DNA of 64,000 nucleotides from Phyllobates terribilis (GCF_046119375.1 NW_027362771.1:404736001-404800000), one strand, 5' to 3'. Positions 1-12,949 are shown, counted from the stretch's first letter. Numbers and translations: made by a program. Notes: generated from the letters alone by a model not told the origin.

Positions 1-2281
1 GAGCCTAAAAGGCAACATTTTGAGCACAAGCAGTCGTGAAATGTGGGAATTTAGTAGTGCGGCCTTTGGGGCGTTAGCTGTGTATTTGCACTTGCTTTCC
101 ATGGACTGGGGTAAGGACAACTGAACGCTGCATTGGGACAAGGACGTGGACATGCTTGCTGATGGTGTTACTTGAGAGTGTGCAATGACAGGTGAAGGGT
201 GGGAAGCATCTTGGCATGTGCCATTGACAGGGGATTCTCATGCATGCACAACAGCAGAAGAAGCAGTGGTGTCACCCGCAGACACTATTGCTGGACCCTG
301 GGGTTCGGCCACTTAGTGGGGTGCTTTGCTGCCATGTGCCTGATCAGGCTGGTGTTGGTCAGATTGCTAGTTTTGCTACCCCTGTTGATACTGGCCTGGC
401 AGGTGATGCAAATGTCCTTTTTGTGGTTATCGACAGAGTCTTTAAAAAATAACAAGACTCTGGAAAACCTAACAGTTGTACTGGCAACTTCCATCGTGTT
501 GGCGTTGCAAGGAAGGCTTTCCCGCCTTGTGTCTTCGGTCATCACACTGCTTGTTCCTACCTGTTGTGGTGTTACTCCTCCCTCCCCCTGTGTGCTGCTG
601 TCCTCACTCTGTGTGGCCCCTGTCAGGTTGGATGTTACTATATCATCCACCACCTCGTCTTTCACGTCCGCACCTTTGTCCTCCTCCTAACTTTCTGGCA
701 ATTGTGTCTCATCATTATCATCCACCTCTTGCGATAGTAATTGCACTTTACCACCATCATCTTCATGTGACCTTGGCTGCTCCAATATTTGGGCATCGCT
801 ACATACGTTCTCCTCTTGACTCGCTTAAAGCTGGCCGGGCAAAAGGCTGAATCTACAAATGGAAAAGTTAACAGCTCTTCTGAGTGTCTAAGTGTGGGAT
901 CAGTTGTCTCCGGGCACTCGGCATGGTGGGATTAAGAAGGATCAGGGTGAGGAATATGCGGTCCAGACTCATGGCTACTGAGATTTGACCATGTGGAAAA
1001 CAGGGAGGAGGTGGTGGTGGCCAAGTGACTGGAAGCATTATCTGCTATCCAACCAATAACCTTTTACACTGCTCTGTGTTCAATTGTGGTGTTCTGGGGT
1101 CCCCTTGTAATTGGGACTGGAAGGTCGAGCAACAAGATCTAAGTGTTTGTTGTGGTGTAATTTCACCATGCCCATGGCCACGTCCTCGGCCTCTGCAAGC
1201 ACCATCACCATCACATCCACTTCACCATCCCTTGCCATGCACTTTGCCCACTTTAAATGGAGGACAATATTTTCCATGTTCACGAGAAATGCCTGATTTT
1301 GGAACACAATTATATGTGATACGTCTGCCAGAGAACCACGATTTTAAATAGCAGGCCTGTAATTTTCTAATATTATTCTACACGGAGAAGTAGTGTGACT
1401 AGCTTCACCGACATACTGCAAAGGAATGAAAATGGAGGAAATGTATGATTTTTGAACAGTCTTTTATGTCCGACAGAGACCACGGTTTTAAATAATAGGC
1501 CAGTAATTTACTAATATTATTCTACACAGAGATCTTGTGTGAATAGCTTCACTGACACACTGCAAGAGAATGGAAAAGGAGGCCAATATTTTCCACGTTC
1601 AGTTCAAATTTCTGGATCTTTATCACTGAAATATGGAACAGATCTGGCTTTATTCTGTACTGAGCAGAAAAATGGTGTACTCTGGATTGCTTTTTAAGCA
1701 AATAACCAGGATTAAGATAAGAAAATTGCCCTGGCCCCTGATATCTGGGGCTGTCTAGAAATATCTGTAATTATTACAGGAGCAGCAGACAGGATGTTCA
1801 ATGGACCCTCTTGTGCTGTATCATACACTGCAGTCTGCCACATACCCTGTCTGCCTGCCTAGTACTGATTATATGCAGCTGTATTAGTCCTCAGAAGGAC
1901 TGTTAGTTCAGATGGATATAGAATTATAGATATATGTTGTGGAATACCTATACTGACTATAAGCAAGCAAATCTCTCCCTGACGCAGCAGCAGCTCTCCC
2001 TACTCTGCCTGTTTCCGGAGTAGACTGTGACGAGCATGGGGGTGCCCGATTTTATATACACCTGATGATGCTGTGCGGCCAGCCAATCACTGTAATGACT
2101 ACAACCAACATGGCTAAGGTAATACAGTGCATGGCAGTCAATCCCTGCATGTTCATTGGCTCTCTAAAGAGCGCCAAAAATGCAGGGAGGGGACTCGAGT
2201 TCCCGCCGAGCGCCGAGCTTGTCGAGTATAGTGATGCTCGGGTGAGTACTGAGCAGTGGCAAGCACGTTCGCTCATCACTA
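1..2281 (-). mobile_element. hAT family A copy 1: 5' arm and transposase N-terminus, runs off the window start
   Basis: 5' TIR (rc of TAGTGATGAGCGAACGTGC) ends at 2281. ORF 285..665 encodes a BED finger (FFKDSVDNHKKDICITC...LIRHMAAKHP). The start codon at 1251 has mutated to GTG. Homologous to 53467-55800. Confidence 0.9.
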
Positions 2282-2299
2282 CTATTTAGCTTTTCAATT

Positions 2300-3640
2300 T
2301 AACTTTCTCCAATGTTGGTAGGTGCGAGACACCTCTCAACACTTGTTTCATATGCAATCATCTCTTGCTCCTATGAAAAACCTCAAATCTTTACTCATCA
2401 TATCAAAACATCTTCCTTTGTTCCTGATGACATACATGATTTCCACTTCTCTACAGATTTGAAAGCATTGTCATTTGCGGAACACCCAAGTTAATTATTC
2501 TCTCTTGCCTGTGGCTCCCATTAAAACCTTTAAATTGCTTCACCCAGATATCAATCTGAAAGACTGGAAACAAAAAGAGATCCATCTTGTGAGAGATTTG
2601 GTGGATGGGAATAAACTCTACCTAGTTGAATATTTACACCAATACTACAAGGTGTCACACAAAGACTTCTATAAATATTTGAGACTCAGGCATACTCTAG
2701 ATAGCTAAAAAATTAAAACGGAGAGCTTAACACTAACCTATTCACTCTATGGTCCATAACGAATTCTCCTAGAGGTCTCTGCCCAACATATGCGATGTTA
2801 AATGGCAAAGAAAAATTCACTAAATCTACTCCTTTCCTCTCCTAGGAGAAGAATCTAGATAACTCTTTCCCTGACAATATTTGTCACTTCTCTATCATTT
2901 ATCCACAAAACCTTCCATTGCACTAAACATGTAAAATCAGCAATCGAAACTATTGTCAAATGGTATCACATACTGGAAAAATGTAGTATTATCTTCCCAG
3001 GCACATCATCGTTATACCTTAGGAGTTGTGGAAAGAAAAGAACACTCATACATAATTTGGTCCTGTCTAAAGTTGACAAACTTGTGGAGATCCATATTTC
3101 TCTTGGTCTTTGGAGTACTAAGGACTCCTATTTCACCTTCTCCTTCTATAGCACTACTCTTCATAAACATTAATAAATATCCCACCCCTAGGCAAAGTAA
3201 CCACTGCCCATATTTTTATGGCTAGGAAACTAGCCATTGCTAGAATTTGGAAATCCTCCAACATCCTTTCCAAAGAAGAAATTATTTCAGCCATAAATAT
3301 AACTAACACATATGAAAGAATGTTTGCTTACAAAAAACATAATGCACTTAAGTTTCATAAAGAGTGGTATTTATGGTTGTTGCACACCAAATTACTGGAC
3401 ACCCTTTTGGCAAACATATCACTTCAAGTATACACCTGGATAATATATCTCTATACCCCTTTTCCCTATTCCCTCCTTCTCCCCCTTTTGTGTTGTTTTG
3501 TCTGCCAATACATTTTGTAATGGTTTTCCTATACCTAGTAATACCGATTGTAAAGTAATTATTGATTATGTCTTTGTTATAAAAAGTTACAAATGTTTTC
3601 ATTTAAAAAAAACACATAAAAATTAATAAAAAAATAAATA
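2300..3640 (+). mobile_element. LINE-1-like ORF2 C-terminal fragment with A-rich 3' tail
   Basis: Broken frames give KLLHPDINLKDWKQKEIHLVRDL, HIIWSCLKLTNLW and ARKLAIARIWKS, typical of an L1 ORF2 C-terminus. A-rich tail at about 3605-3640. Boundaries approximate. Confidence 0.6.
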
Positions 3641-5013
3641 AATCACTGTTTTACCAGCAGAAGGTTATCACTAACAACCCGGTTGTCATGTAGTCCTCCT
3701 TATTTACAAGCTATGTATAAACTTGCCTCCAACACTGATTGTCAGCTTCCTGTCTATGCACTGTATTCAAAGAAAGTTATTAATCAATGGTGTGCGTGGG
3801 GTTATACAGAGCTCAGCATTCAGGGAATGTTTTATCAAAACTATAGCAAGCAGCCTAGTAAGTGACATATTGCGGGAATCGGGGTCTCTGCCCCTAAATT
3901 ATGCAGTTCTAAGATGATGTTGAAAAATTTGGTGACAAATTCCCTTTAATGCAAACCCCTGATTTTTTTTAACTAAAGGGAACGTATTCCTTCTGGCTCT
4001 TATGGGATGTAGATAAGCATATTAACATATTATTAGAGAAGCCGTTAGCTCTGCGTCCTGGTAGCTAATTTATTTTTATTAAATAGTCTTGCTTAAGTGA
4101 TCTTATTTTGGCCAGTAAACTCCATGCCATTGCCAAAGCCTCTTCCATAAGCATATCAGTAATAAATATATTTAAAAGCCTCGGCCTTTACTATGTGGGT
4201 AGATCCAAACAACTAAAAATGTCAGAAGGAAATATATTCCTTTCTGCTCTCTTCTCGTTGCTTTTAAAGAGATTGCATAATCTCATAAATATTCATTCCA
4301 AAATATAAAATTTTGAAGTTAGCCTAACGTTATTTTAAGCTTTAGGTAGTGCAAGCAAGGAACAGAATCCTATTACACTTACTGAAAAAAAAAAAAAAAG
4401 ATAATAGCAGCCGTCTCCATTGTTTCTCTATTCCTGACCTATAATTGAAAGATTGAAGATGCATGCTTCTTATGAAAAATCAAAAAGCTGATTCACTTAT
4501 CTTCAAGTGAAAAAGCTTTTCTCGGGCATTATGGTATATTAGGAAGTACAATATTGTTACTCTGAGGAATTCATAGGCCAAGTAAAGCACTGGATATGGA
4601 TTGATGGCATGGCAGTGACCAGCTGTACTCATAAGAAAGGTGAAAGGCCTCAAGATAATACTTACAAGAATCCCACAGGATATATTTGTACAGACGATGT
4701 TTCTGACCTTAGGAATTTTTGTCTCACTGTATCAAAATCCATTGCTCTTTTGAAATAAATATATATATATATATACATAAAATATGCCATTATACACAGT
4801 TCAGTAGTTTACACAAAGGTTCACGAGAACGAAAACTGCTCGTCTTCCTTGTTTCCTTTCAAACGTTTTACTTTTTTTGATGCTACAAAAAACACCCACA
4901 GAGAATGTATGTCTGTGCACTCAAAACTGTAAATCCCAGCAAATTATGGAAACTGAAGAACTGCTGCCGCTCAGCTTGGAATGGCGATCTTTACATTGAA
5001 TTTATCGCTTGTA

Positions 5014-6634
5014 CAGTTATATGAAAAAGTTTGGGCACCCCTATTAATCTTAAGCTTAATGTTTTATAAAAATTGGTGTTTTTGCAACAGCTATTTCAAT
5101 TTGATATATGTAATAACTGTTGGACACAGTAATGTTTCTGCCTTGAAATGAGGTTTATTGTACTAACAGAAAATGTGCAATCTGCATTCAAACAAACTTT
5201 GACAGGTGCATAAGTATGGGCACCCTTATCATTTTCTTGTTTTAAATACTCCTACCTACTTTTTACTGACTTACTAAAGCATTTTTTTTGTTTTGTAACC
5301 TCATTGAGCTTTGAACTTCATAGCCAGGTGTATGCAATCATGAGAAAAGCTACTTAAAGTGGCCACTTGCAAGTTGTTCTCCTGTTTGAATCTCCTCTGA
5401 AGAGTGGCATCATGGGCTCCTCAAAACAACTGTCAAATGATCTGAAAACAAAGATTATTCAACATAGTTGTTCAGGGGAAGGATACAAAAAGCTGTCTCA
5501 GAGATTTAACCTGTCAGTTTCCACTGTGAGGAACATAGTATGGAAATGGAAGAACACAGGGACAGTTCTTGTTAAGGCCAGAAGTGGCAGACCAAGAAAA
5601 ACATCAGAAAGGCAGAGAAGAAGAATGGTGAGATCAGTCAAGGACAATCCTCAGACCACCTCCAGAGAGCTGCAGCATCAACTTGCTGCAGATGGTGTCA
5701 CTGTGCATCGGTCAACTATACAACGCACTTTGCACAAGGAGAAGCTGTATGGGAGAGTGATGCGAATGAAGCCGTTTCTGCAAGCATGCCACAAACAGAG
5801 TCGGCTGAGGTATGCAAAAGCACATTTGTCCTGTGGACTGATGAAACCAAGATTGAGTTGTTTGGTCATACAAAAAGGCGTTATGCATGGCAGCAAAAAA
5901 ACACAGCATTCCAAGAAAAACACTTGCTACCCACAGTAAAATTTGGTGGAGGTTCCATCATGCTTTGGGGCTGTGTGGCCAATGCCGGCACCGGGAATCT
6001 TGTTAAAGTTGAGGGATGCATGGATTCCACTCAGTATCAGCAGATTCTTGACAATAATGTTCAAGAATCAGTGACAAAGTTGAAGTTACGCAGAGGATGG
6101 ATCTTTCAGCAAAACAATGATCCAAAACACCGCTCCAAATCTACTCAGGCATTCATGCAGAGGAACAATTACAATGTTCTGGAATGGCCATCCCAGTCCC
6201 CAGACCTGAATATCATTGAACATCTGTGGGATCATTTGAAGAGGGCTGTCCATTCTCGGCGACCATCAAACTTAACTGAACTGGAATTGTTTTGTAAAGA
6301 GTAATGGTCAAAAGTACCTTCATCCAGGATCCAGGAAATCATTAAAAGCTACAGGAAGTGACTAGAGGCTGTTATTTTTGCAAAAGAAAGATCTACTAAA
6401 TATCAATGTCACTTTTCTGGTGAGGTGCCCATACTTATGCATCTGTCAAATTTTGTTTGAATGCTGATTGCACATTTTCTGTTAGTGCAATAAACCTCAT
6501 TTCAAGGCAGAAACATTACTGTGTCCAACAGTTATTACATATATCAAACTGAAATAGCTGTTGCAAAAACACCAATTTTTATAAAACATTAAGCTTAAGA
6601 TTAATAGGGGTGCCCAAACTTTTTCATATAACTG
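5014..6634 (+). mobile_element. Tc1/mariner DD34E element, copy 1
   Basis: TA flanks at 5012-5013 and 6635-6636. About 210-bp TIRs starting CAGTTATATGAAAAAGTTTGGGCACCCC, with an inner repeat GGGCACC. 1621 bp. Confidence 0.97.
5412..6406 (+). pseudogene. Tc1 transposase pseudogene
   Basis: MGSSKQLSNDL...GRPRK...[10 protein letters not shown]...QQNNDPKH...[12 protein letters not shown]. Carries a 28-bp frameshifting deletion, a D-to-N change at the second catalytic residue, premature stops and a lost stop codon. Confidence 0.95.
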
Positions 6635-6704
6635 TATATGCTGTCAATCATTGTAAAAGTATCTCAGTAGTAATGGAAATAGTTTGAGTTTAAATATATA
6701 TATA

Positions 6705-8331
6705 CAGTTATATGAAAAATTTTGGGCACCCCTATTAATCTTAGGCTTATTGTTTTATAAAAATTTGTGTTTCTGCAACAGCTATTTCAGTTTGATATAT
6801 GTAATAACTGTTGGACACAGTAATGTTTCTGCCTTGAAATGTGGTTTATTGTACTAACAGAAAATGTGCAATCTGCATTCAAACAAAATTTGACATGTGC
6901 ATAAGTATGGGCACCTCACCAGAAAAGTGACATTAATATTTAGTAGATCCTCCTTTTGCAAAAATAACAGCCTCTAGTCGCTTCCTGTAGCTTTTAATGA
7001 GTTCCTGGATCCTGGATGAAGGTATTTTTGACCATTCCTCTTTACAAAACAATTCCAGTTCAGTTAAGTTTGATGGTCGCCGAGCATGGACAGCCCTCTT
7101 CAAATGATCCCACAAATGTTCAATGATATTCAAGTCTGGGGACTGGGATGGCCATTCCAGAACATTGTAATTGTTCCTCTGCATGAATGCCTGAGTAGAT
7201 TTGGAGCGGTGTTTTGGATCATTGTCTTGCTGAAAGATCCATCCCCTGTGTAACTTCAACTTTATCACTGATTCTTGAACATTATTATCAAGAATCTGCT
7301 GATACTGAGTGGAATCCATGCGTCCCTCAACTTTAACCAGATTCCCGGTGCCGGCATTGGCCACACAGCCCCAAAGCATGATGGAACCTCCACCAAATTT
7401 TACTGTGGGTAGCAAGTGTTTTTCTTGGAATGCTGTGTTTTTTTGCCGCCATGCATAACGCCTTTTTGTATGACCAAACAACTCAATCTTGGTTTTATCA
7501 GTCCACAGGACCTTCTTCCAAAAAGAAATTGGCTTCTCCAAATGTGCTTTTGCATACCTCAGCCGTGATTGCAGAAACGGCTTCTTTCGCATCACTCTCC
7601 CATACAGCTTCTCCTTGTGCAAAGTGCGTTGTATAGTTCACAGTGACACCATCTGCAGTAAGTTGATGCTGCAGCTCTCTGGAGGTGGTCTGAGGATTGT
7701 CGTTGACTGATCTCACCATTCTTCTTCTCTGCCTTTCTGATGTTTTTCTTGGCCTGCCACTTCTGGCCTTAACAAGAACTGTCCCTGTGTTCTTCCATTT
7801 CCTTACTATGTTCCTCACAGTGGAAACTGACAGGTTAAATCTCTGAGACAGCTTTTTGTATCCTTCCCCTGAACAACTATGTTGAATAATCTTTGTTTTC
7901 AGATCATTTGACAGTTGTTTTGAGGAGCCCATGATGCCACTCTTCAGAGGAGATTCAAACAGGAGAACAACTTGCAAGTGGCCACTTTAAGTAGCTTTTC
8001 TCATGATTGCATACACCTGGCTATGAAGTTCAAAGCTCAATGAGGTTACAAAACCAAAAAAAGTGCTTTTGTAAGTCAGTAAAAAGTAGGTAGGAGTATT
8101 TAAAACAAGAAAATGATAAGGGTGCCCATACTTATGCACCTGTCAAATTTTGTTTGAATGCAGATTGCACATTTTCTGTTAGTACAATAAACCTCATTTC
8201 AAGGCAGAAACATTACTGTGTCCAACAGTTATTTCATATATCAAACTGAAATAGCTGTTGCAAAAACACCAATTTTTATAAAACATTAAGCTTAATATTA
8301 ATAGGGGTGCCCAAACTTTTTCATATAACTG
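6705..8331 (-). mobile_element. Tc1/mariner DD34E element, copy 2 (inverted relative to copy 1)
   Basis: Same TIRs, TA flanks at 6703-6704 and 8332-8333. 1627 bp. Confidence 0.97.
6933..7932 (-). pseudogene. Tc1 transposase pseudogene with an intact catalytic domain
   Basis: ORFs 7498..7977 and 6933..7622. An 8-bp frameshifting deletion and a 15-bp in-frame deletion. D (WTD), D (QQDND) and E (NIIE), with 34 residues between the second D and the E. Confidence 0.95.
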
Positions 8332-8646
8332 TATATAGTATTTTCAGAAACATAAAAAAACACTTCACATTGTATTCTTATAATGGATGTAGTAATAGTT
8401 GCATTCAAAATGATGTAACCCAAAATTGCAAATTAGGTTTATTATTATTATTATTAAATTGACAAACTTTCTGTCTTTTTCAATTAATAAAGGAAACAAG
8501 AACAATCTTAACAGCTCTACACGACAAATTTAACAAGTAGTTTCTCTAAGTTGAACACACTATATCTCTTTTAATGAGTACTGCAGTTAGAGAATTACTC
8601 AACCCTTTCTTCAGAATCATATTTTAGTACTTAGTAGAGCACACTT

Positions 8647-8883
8647 TGGAAAAGTGAAAAGAGCGACACTTCCACAGGTAAAATAAAAGCACTATTATAT
8701 TACTTTATACCATAAAACCTGACATACAAAGATAAAAAATGGACGCGTTTCTGGTGTCTTAGACGCCCTTAATCATAGCATAGTTCTCAGTTTTTTATCT
8801 TTGTATGTCGGCTTTTATGGTATAAACAAATAAAATAGTGCTTTTATTTTATTTGTGGAAGTGCCGCTCTTTTCACTTTTCCA
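8647..8883. repeat. Fold-back hairpin: 93-bp arms, 51-bp loop containing a hammerhead-like motif
   Basis: 8647-8739 (TGGAAAAGTGAAAAGAGC...GATAAAAAA) is an imperfect reverse complement of 8791-8883. Confidence 0.9.
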
Positions 8884-8976
8884 TTGTTGTTGAGCCACAC
8901 CAGCTAGAGTTATGGCACCCACCGGTTTTCCTCCCATGGATTTCCAACTCACAAAATGCGGTAAGCTCTGATTCCT

Positions 8977-9660
8977 TTCTCTAAGATCCCAGGTACGTTC
9001 AGCTGTATCACATCTAACGTAGTGTACTTAATTATATGTACCAAATGTCCAGCTGGGGGTCTTTATGTAGGGGAGACAGGGCAAAAACTTAGGACAAGGA
9101 TGAATCATCATCACCGCACAATAAAAGAAAAAAGAATAGATCTACCTGTAGTCAAGCATTTTTGTTCCCCTGATCACAGCATAAAAGACATGAAATTACT
9201 GATATTAAAAGGTAACTTCAAAAGTCAGAGAGAAAGGAAAGTGTCAGAATATAAACTGATGGTGACCTTTAACACTTTCAGAGCAGGAATGAATGTGTCG
9301 CATGGATTTATGTCATTCTATATCAACTAAGAATTGTGCCCCTCAGACTTATGAGGCCATCATAACACTGGACCTAGTCATAGGACAATAAAACCTTCAC
9401 ACTCCTTATCTATTAACTGCTAAAATATTTATAGCCAGAACTATTTATCTCTTCCATAATAACTCTGCTTTCCATCACCTGTCTTACCTATTGCATTATT
9501 TTTGTGTCTTATTGTGTATAAATATGTCACTTTTCAGATTTTGTGGTATACTATGCCTGATGAAGAGACCTGAGTAGTCTCGAAAGCTTGCAATTTGTTA
9601 CCATCTTTTCGGTTAGCCATTAAAAGGTATTAACCACTGAGGACTCTCAAATCTAAATAT
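8977..9660 (+). mobile_element. 5'-truncated Penelope-like element: GIY-YIG endonuclease plus 3' pseudo-LTR tail
   Basis: ORF 9022..9330 VYLIICTKCPAGGLYVGETGQKLRTRMNHH...KHF...H...GMN matches the PLE GIY-YIG domain. A hammerhead motif lies in the tail. Boundaries approximate. Confidence 0.88.
9543..9604 (+). ncRNA. Minimal type I hammerhead ribozyme (Penelope-associated)
   Basis: CTGATGA (9557-9563), extra A, stem II GAGAC/GTCTC, GAAA (9582-9585), palindromic stem III AAGCTT, predicted cleavage after CUU (9589). Stem I from TGC/GCA and GTGGTA/TACCAT. Confidence 0.8.
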
Positions 9661-9699
9661 TTTTCTTTCTCTAGAGCATACTTTGGCTGTTATAACCTG

Positions 9700-10590
9700 C
9701 TGCAAACATGATGCAAAGTCAGACACTAGTTTCAGACTGCGTTCCAAAAGAATCTTCCTAGCCCAAGCTTTAGCTTTTTCACAGAAGGCATGATGTTTTC
9801 TCCTAAAGTTTCCTGATGCTTGATTGAATGCGCCTTGCACTCTACATGGTGCAGGCTTCCACTGCCAGAAGAGGCAAAGCTCTCCCGATCATCACCAAGT
9901 CACCATAGTGCTTTACTGTAGGCAGGGTGTTCTTTTCAACATATGCATCATTCATTTTCTTTTGGACATACTGCGGCTACCTAGGCCAAAAAAGTTCCAG
10001 TTTTATTTAATTGCCCCACATAATTAAATCCAAAAACTATTGTGGCTTATTTATATGGCTATGAGCATGCTGACTTTTCTTGTCATTTTTGGTCAGCAAA
10101 TGTGAATTTCTTGGAGTTGGGGCATGGAGATCTTCAAGGTTTAGTATTTTCTTTACTTTGAAAACTGAAACCTCAGCACCTGCTGCCACCAAAATTTGTT
10201 ACAGGTATTTTTCAGTAATGTGAGGGTTTTTGACCATCTGCCTCCTCGGGTACCTGTTGGCAGTTTCTACTTTCTGCTATGTCCAGGTGCTCTGGCTAGT
10301 GTTCCCTTAATTTTTATGGTGCAAACTAAGTTTCCAACTGTATCTTTAGGAAATATTCAATGCCATTTTTTTAGTCTTTTTTGTATATTTGAGGCAACAA
10401 TCTCTTCTCTTGACTTATTAGCCATATTTCTAACATGCATTTCAGTGTCACAGTCAACAAACCTTGCAGTCACACCTGATGCAATTAATGAAGCCTTTGC
10501 TTATTAGAATCAGGTGTGCTTAAGTTGAGGCCTGATTTGTAAATTTGTGCTCTTATAAGGGGTTATATTTAGGGGGTCGAGTAATGAGAC
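9700..10590 (-). mobile_element. Degenerate Tc1-like relic
   Basis: Minus-strand remnants EKNTLPTVKH (9875-9905) and IKLELF (about 9990), recognisable as Tc1 catalytic-domain motifs. Boundaries approximate. Confidence 0.55.
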
Positions 10591-11034
10591 TGCAGTAGTT
10601 ACTAAAATGACCAACAAAAAGCCGAGCATCTAATAAAATATTTTAACTGAAGACACACCAAGGTTAACTTATATACCAACACATAAATATAGTGCACTAA
10701 AGTCACATAAAATTACAAACTTTATTAAAATTCATTAAATAACACAAAGAATGATAAAAAGCAGAGTAACCAAAATAGCAACTTCTAAGTAATAGTATAT
10801 GCTTTCCAGTGCCTCTAGTATCTGTCCCTTTAAATGATCCATATGACTAATGTTAAAAAAGAGAGAGCACTTACATCTTGTGATGAGGAGAAGAATGAAG
10901 TTGCTAGGTGGCCTAGCGCTCCAAAGCGTGATTCACCCAAGCTTTGTCTGGGGGCATGTCAGAATATCAGCATGAAGTTAACATACGATGGCCAATCACA
11001 TGATATGTATCAAATATGCATTGAAAAGCAACCT

Positions 11035-11218
11035 ATAAGAAGATCTGTGACTTGTGTATTTGAAATACACCCCCAGATGATGTGTCAGCTAATGACAGCT
11101 TATCCCCTGATATGTCTCTAAAATGCCTGGCTAGACAGAGTAACAGGGGATAAGCTGTCATTAGCTGACACATCATCTGGGGTGTATTTCAAATACACAA
11201 GTTATGGATCTTCTGATA
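11035..11218. mobile_element. MITE-like hairpin element flanked by a 12-bp direct repeat
   Basis: About 75-bp inverted arms. Flanks GAAAAGCAACCT (11023-11034) and GAAAAACAACCT (11219-11230). Confidence 0.65.
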
Positions 11219-12949
11219 GAAAAACAACCTAAGATGGGAATGGACCAGCACTGCAGTGATGAGCTGGTTCTGTCCAAATATACTAAAACAGCGTATATTA
11301 GGAGAAAAAGGTGTATATGAGTCATCAAAAAGCCCATTATAATGAAATACATTAGGCGTAGACAAGACTGATATAGTGAAAAAATACCTTTATTATATAA
11401 AAAGTACACAGAAAACAATTAAAAACACTTAAAACAGCGGAAACCAATGGGGGAATGATTTATCCGCCTTAGAAAGGTCCATACTATAATAAATAAGAAC
11501 ACAAAAACAATCTCCCAAATAGCCTGAAAATGTGGGGTGAGTATAATACAAGATAAGAGCTAGCTGCTACCAATGGTACACAGAAAAAATTATGCAACAA
11601 ATGGCAATAAAAATAACTGCAACAGATTACATCAAATGCAATGAATTATAAGTAATATAGAAAAATATGAACAGTAAAACCTGTCCTGGAAAAAAGAACA
11701 TGTGCAAAGGATCATAGAGGGAATAAAAATAATGCCTCAATCCTGTACGGAATAAGACAAGAATGCTGACGTGTGACCATGAATACAACTGAGCAAAAAA
11801 TTAGAGAAGTAAGTGGGAGAGAACAAGATGCCCAACATATTATACCATATGTGGTGGCTTCATCAGGGATCCTTTGCACGTGCTCTCCTTCCCAGGTCAG
11901 GTTTTGTGGTTTTTATTTATTTACATATGTCAATTTATCTTGCGAGAACGCCGAGTTTTATGTTCGCCATAGACTTGCATTAGGTGTGAAAATTCCGCAG
12001 GTAAAAAACGCACATGCACTTTAATTGCGTTTCCGTGGCAGAAACGCATAAGAAAATGCATGTAATGTGCACCTAAGAATGTCAATTACGTTTTTTCAAA
12101 GCTATGTTATTTAAAACATGACACACCAGAGAAAAAAAACGCAACATCAAAAACGAGATAAAAATGCATGTTAAAAAACACATACAAAAGACAAAATAAA
12201 CCCTGCAAATAACCTAATTAGTGAATGGCGAGTACTAAAATGCTCAGGTGCTTGATGCTCGGGTCGAGCAAATTGGAATGCTCGGGTACTCGACCCGAGC
12301 AACGAGCCCAATATAAGTCTGTGGGCATTTTTCAGGCGGTTCCCCCCCGCGGTCTGCAGAGGGCCTAAAGATTGCCCAAATCAATGGGAACAGTGCACAA
12401 ATTACAAGGGAACAGCATGAGGAAAACCCCTGGAAGCATTTCTGACCCCCCGGTCCCTGCTGTCAACAACGTGGTCAGAGGTATTAAGCCACTTTTACGG
12501 CCTCACAATAAAACATACATAAACGAAACTGAAACTGTTTTCCTGTGAAATATGTTAAGGAACATCCTTTCCAGGGTAAAGACTTGTGTATAAGGTAAAA
12601 TAAATAACCAAAAACAAAGATACTTCTCCACACCTTGGGCTATGTTTACAAGTAGTATTTTTTATGCATTTTTGCACTTTTGTATTGCTTTCAACCATGA
12701 CAAATGCATTCACCGGGAAATGTCATTTTAACATTTTACAACCTTATCTGGCCATGTAGTGAGTGACACATCATCAGACACATCCTGTTTCATTTATGAT
12801 GGAGGGACACTAAAAGTCACAAAGCCTATTTTTAAAGGGCCATCAGGTGACCCTTACTATTCTTAAAGGACCAGCAGTCGACCATCGGTATTGTTAGAGA
12901 GCCATCAGCTGGCTATGCTTTGTTGTTCCCATTATTAACGAGTGGGTCT

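Noticed and set aside
4108-4308. GLYYVGRSKQLK as a GIY-YIG remnant
   Set aside because: Too short, and the flanking Cys/His residues and downstream helix are missing.
11830-11870. Third hammerhead (minus strand CTGATGAAGCCACC...GTTGGG)
   Set aside because: Only the CUGAUGA half survives. GAAA and the 3' strand of stem II are lost, so it is at most a Penelope tail relic.
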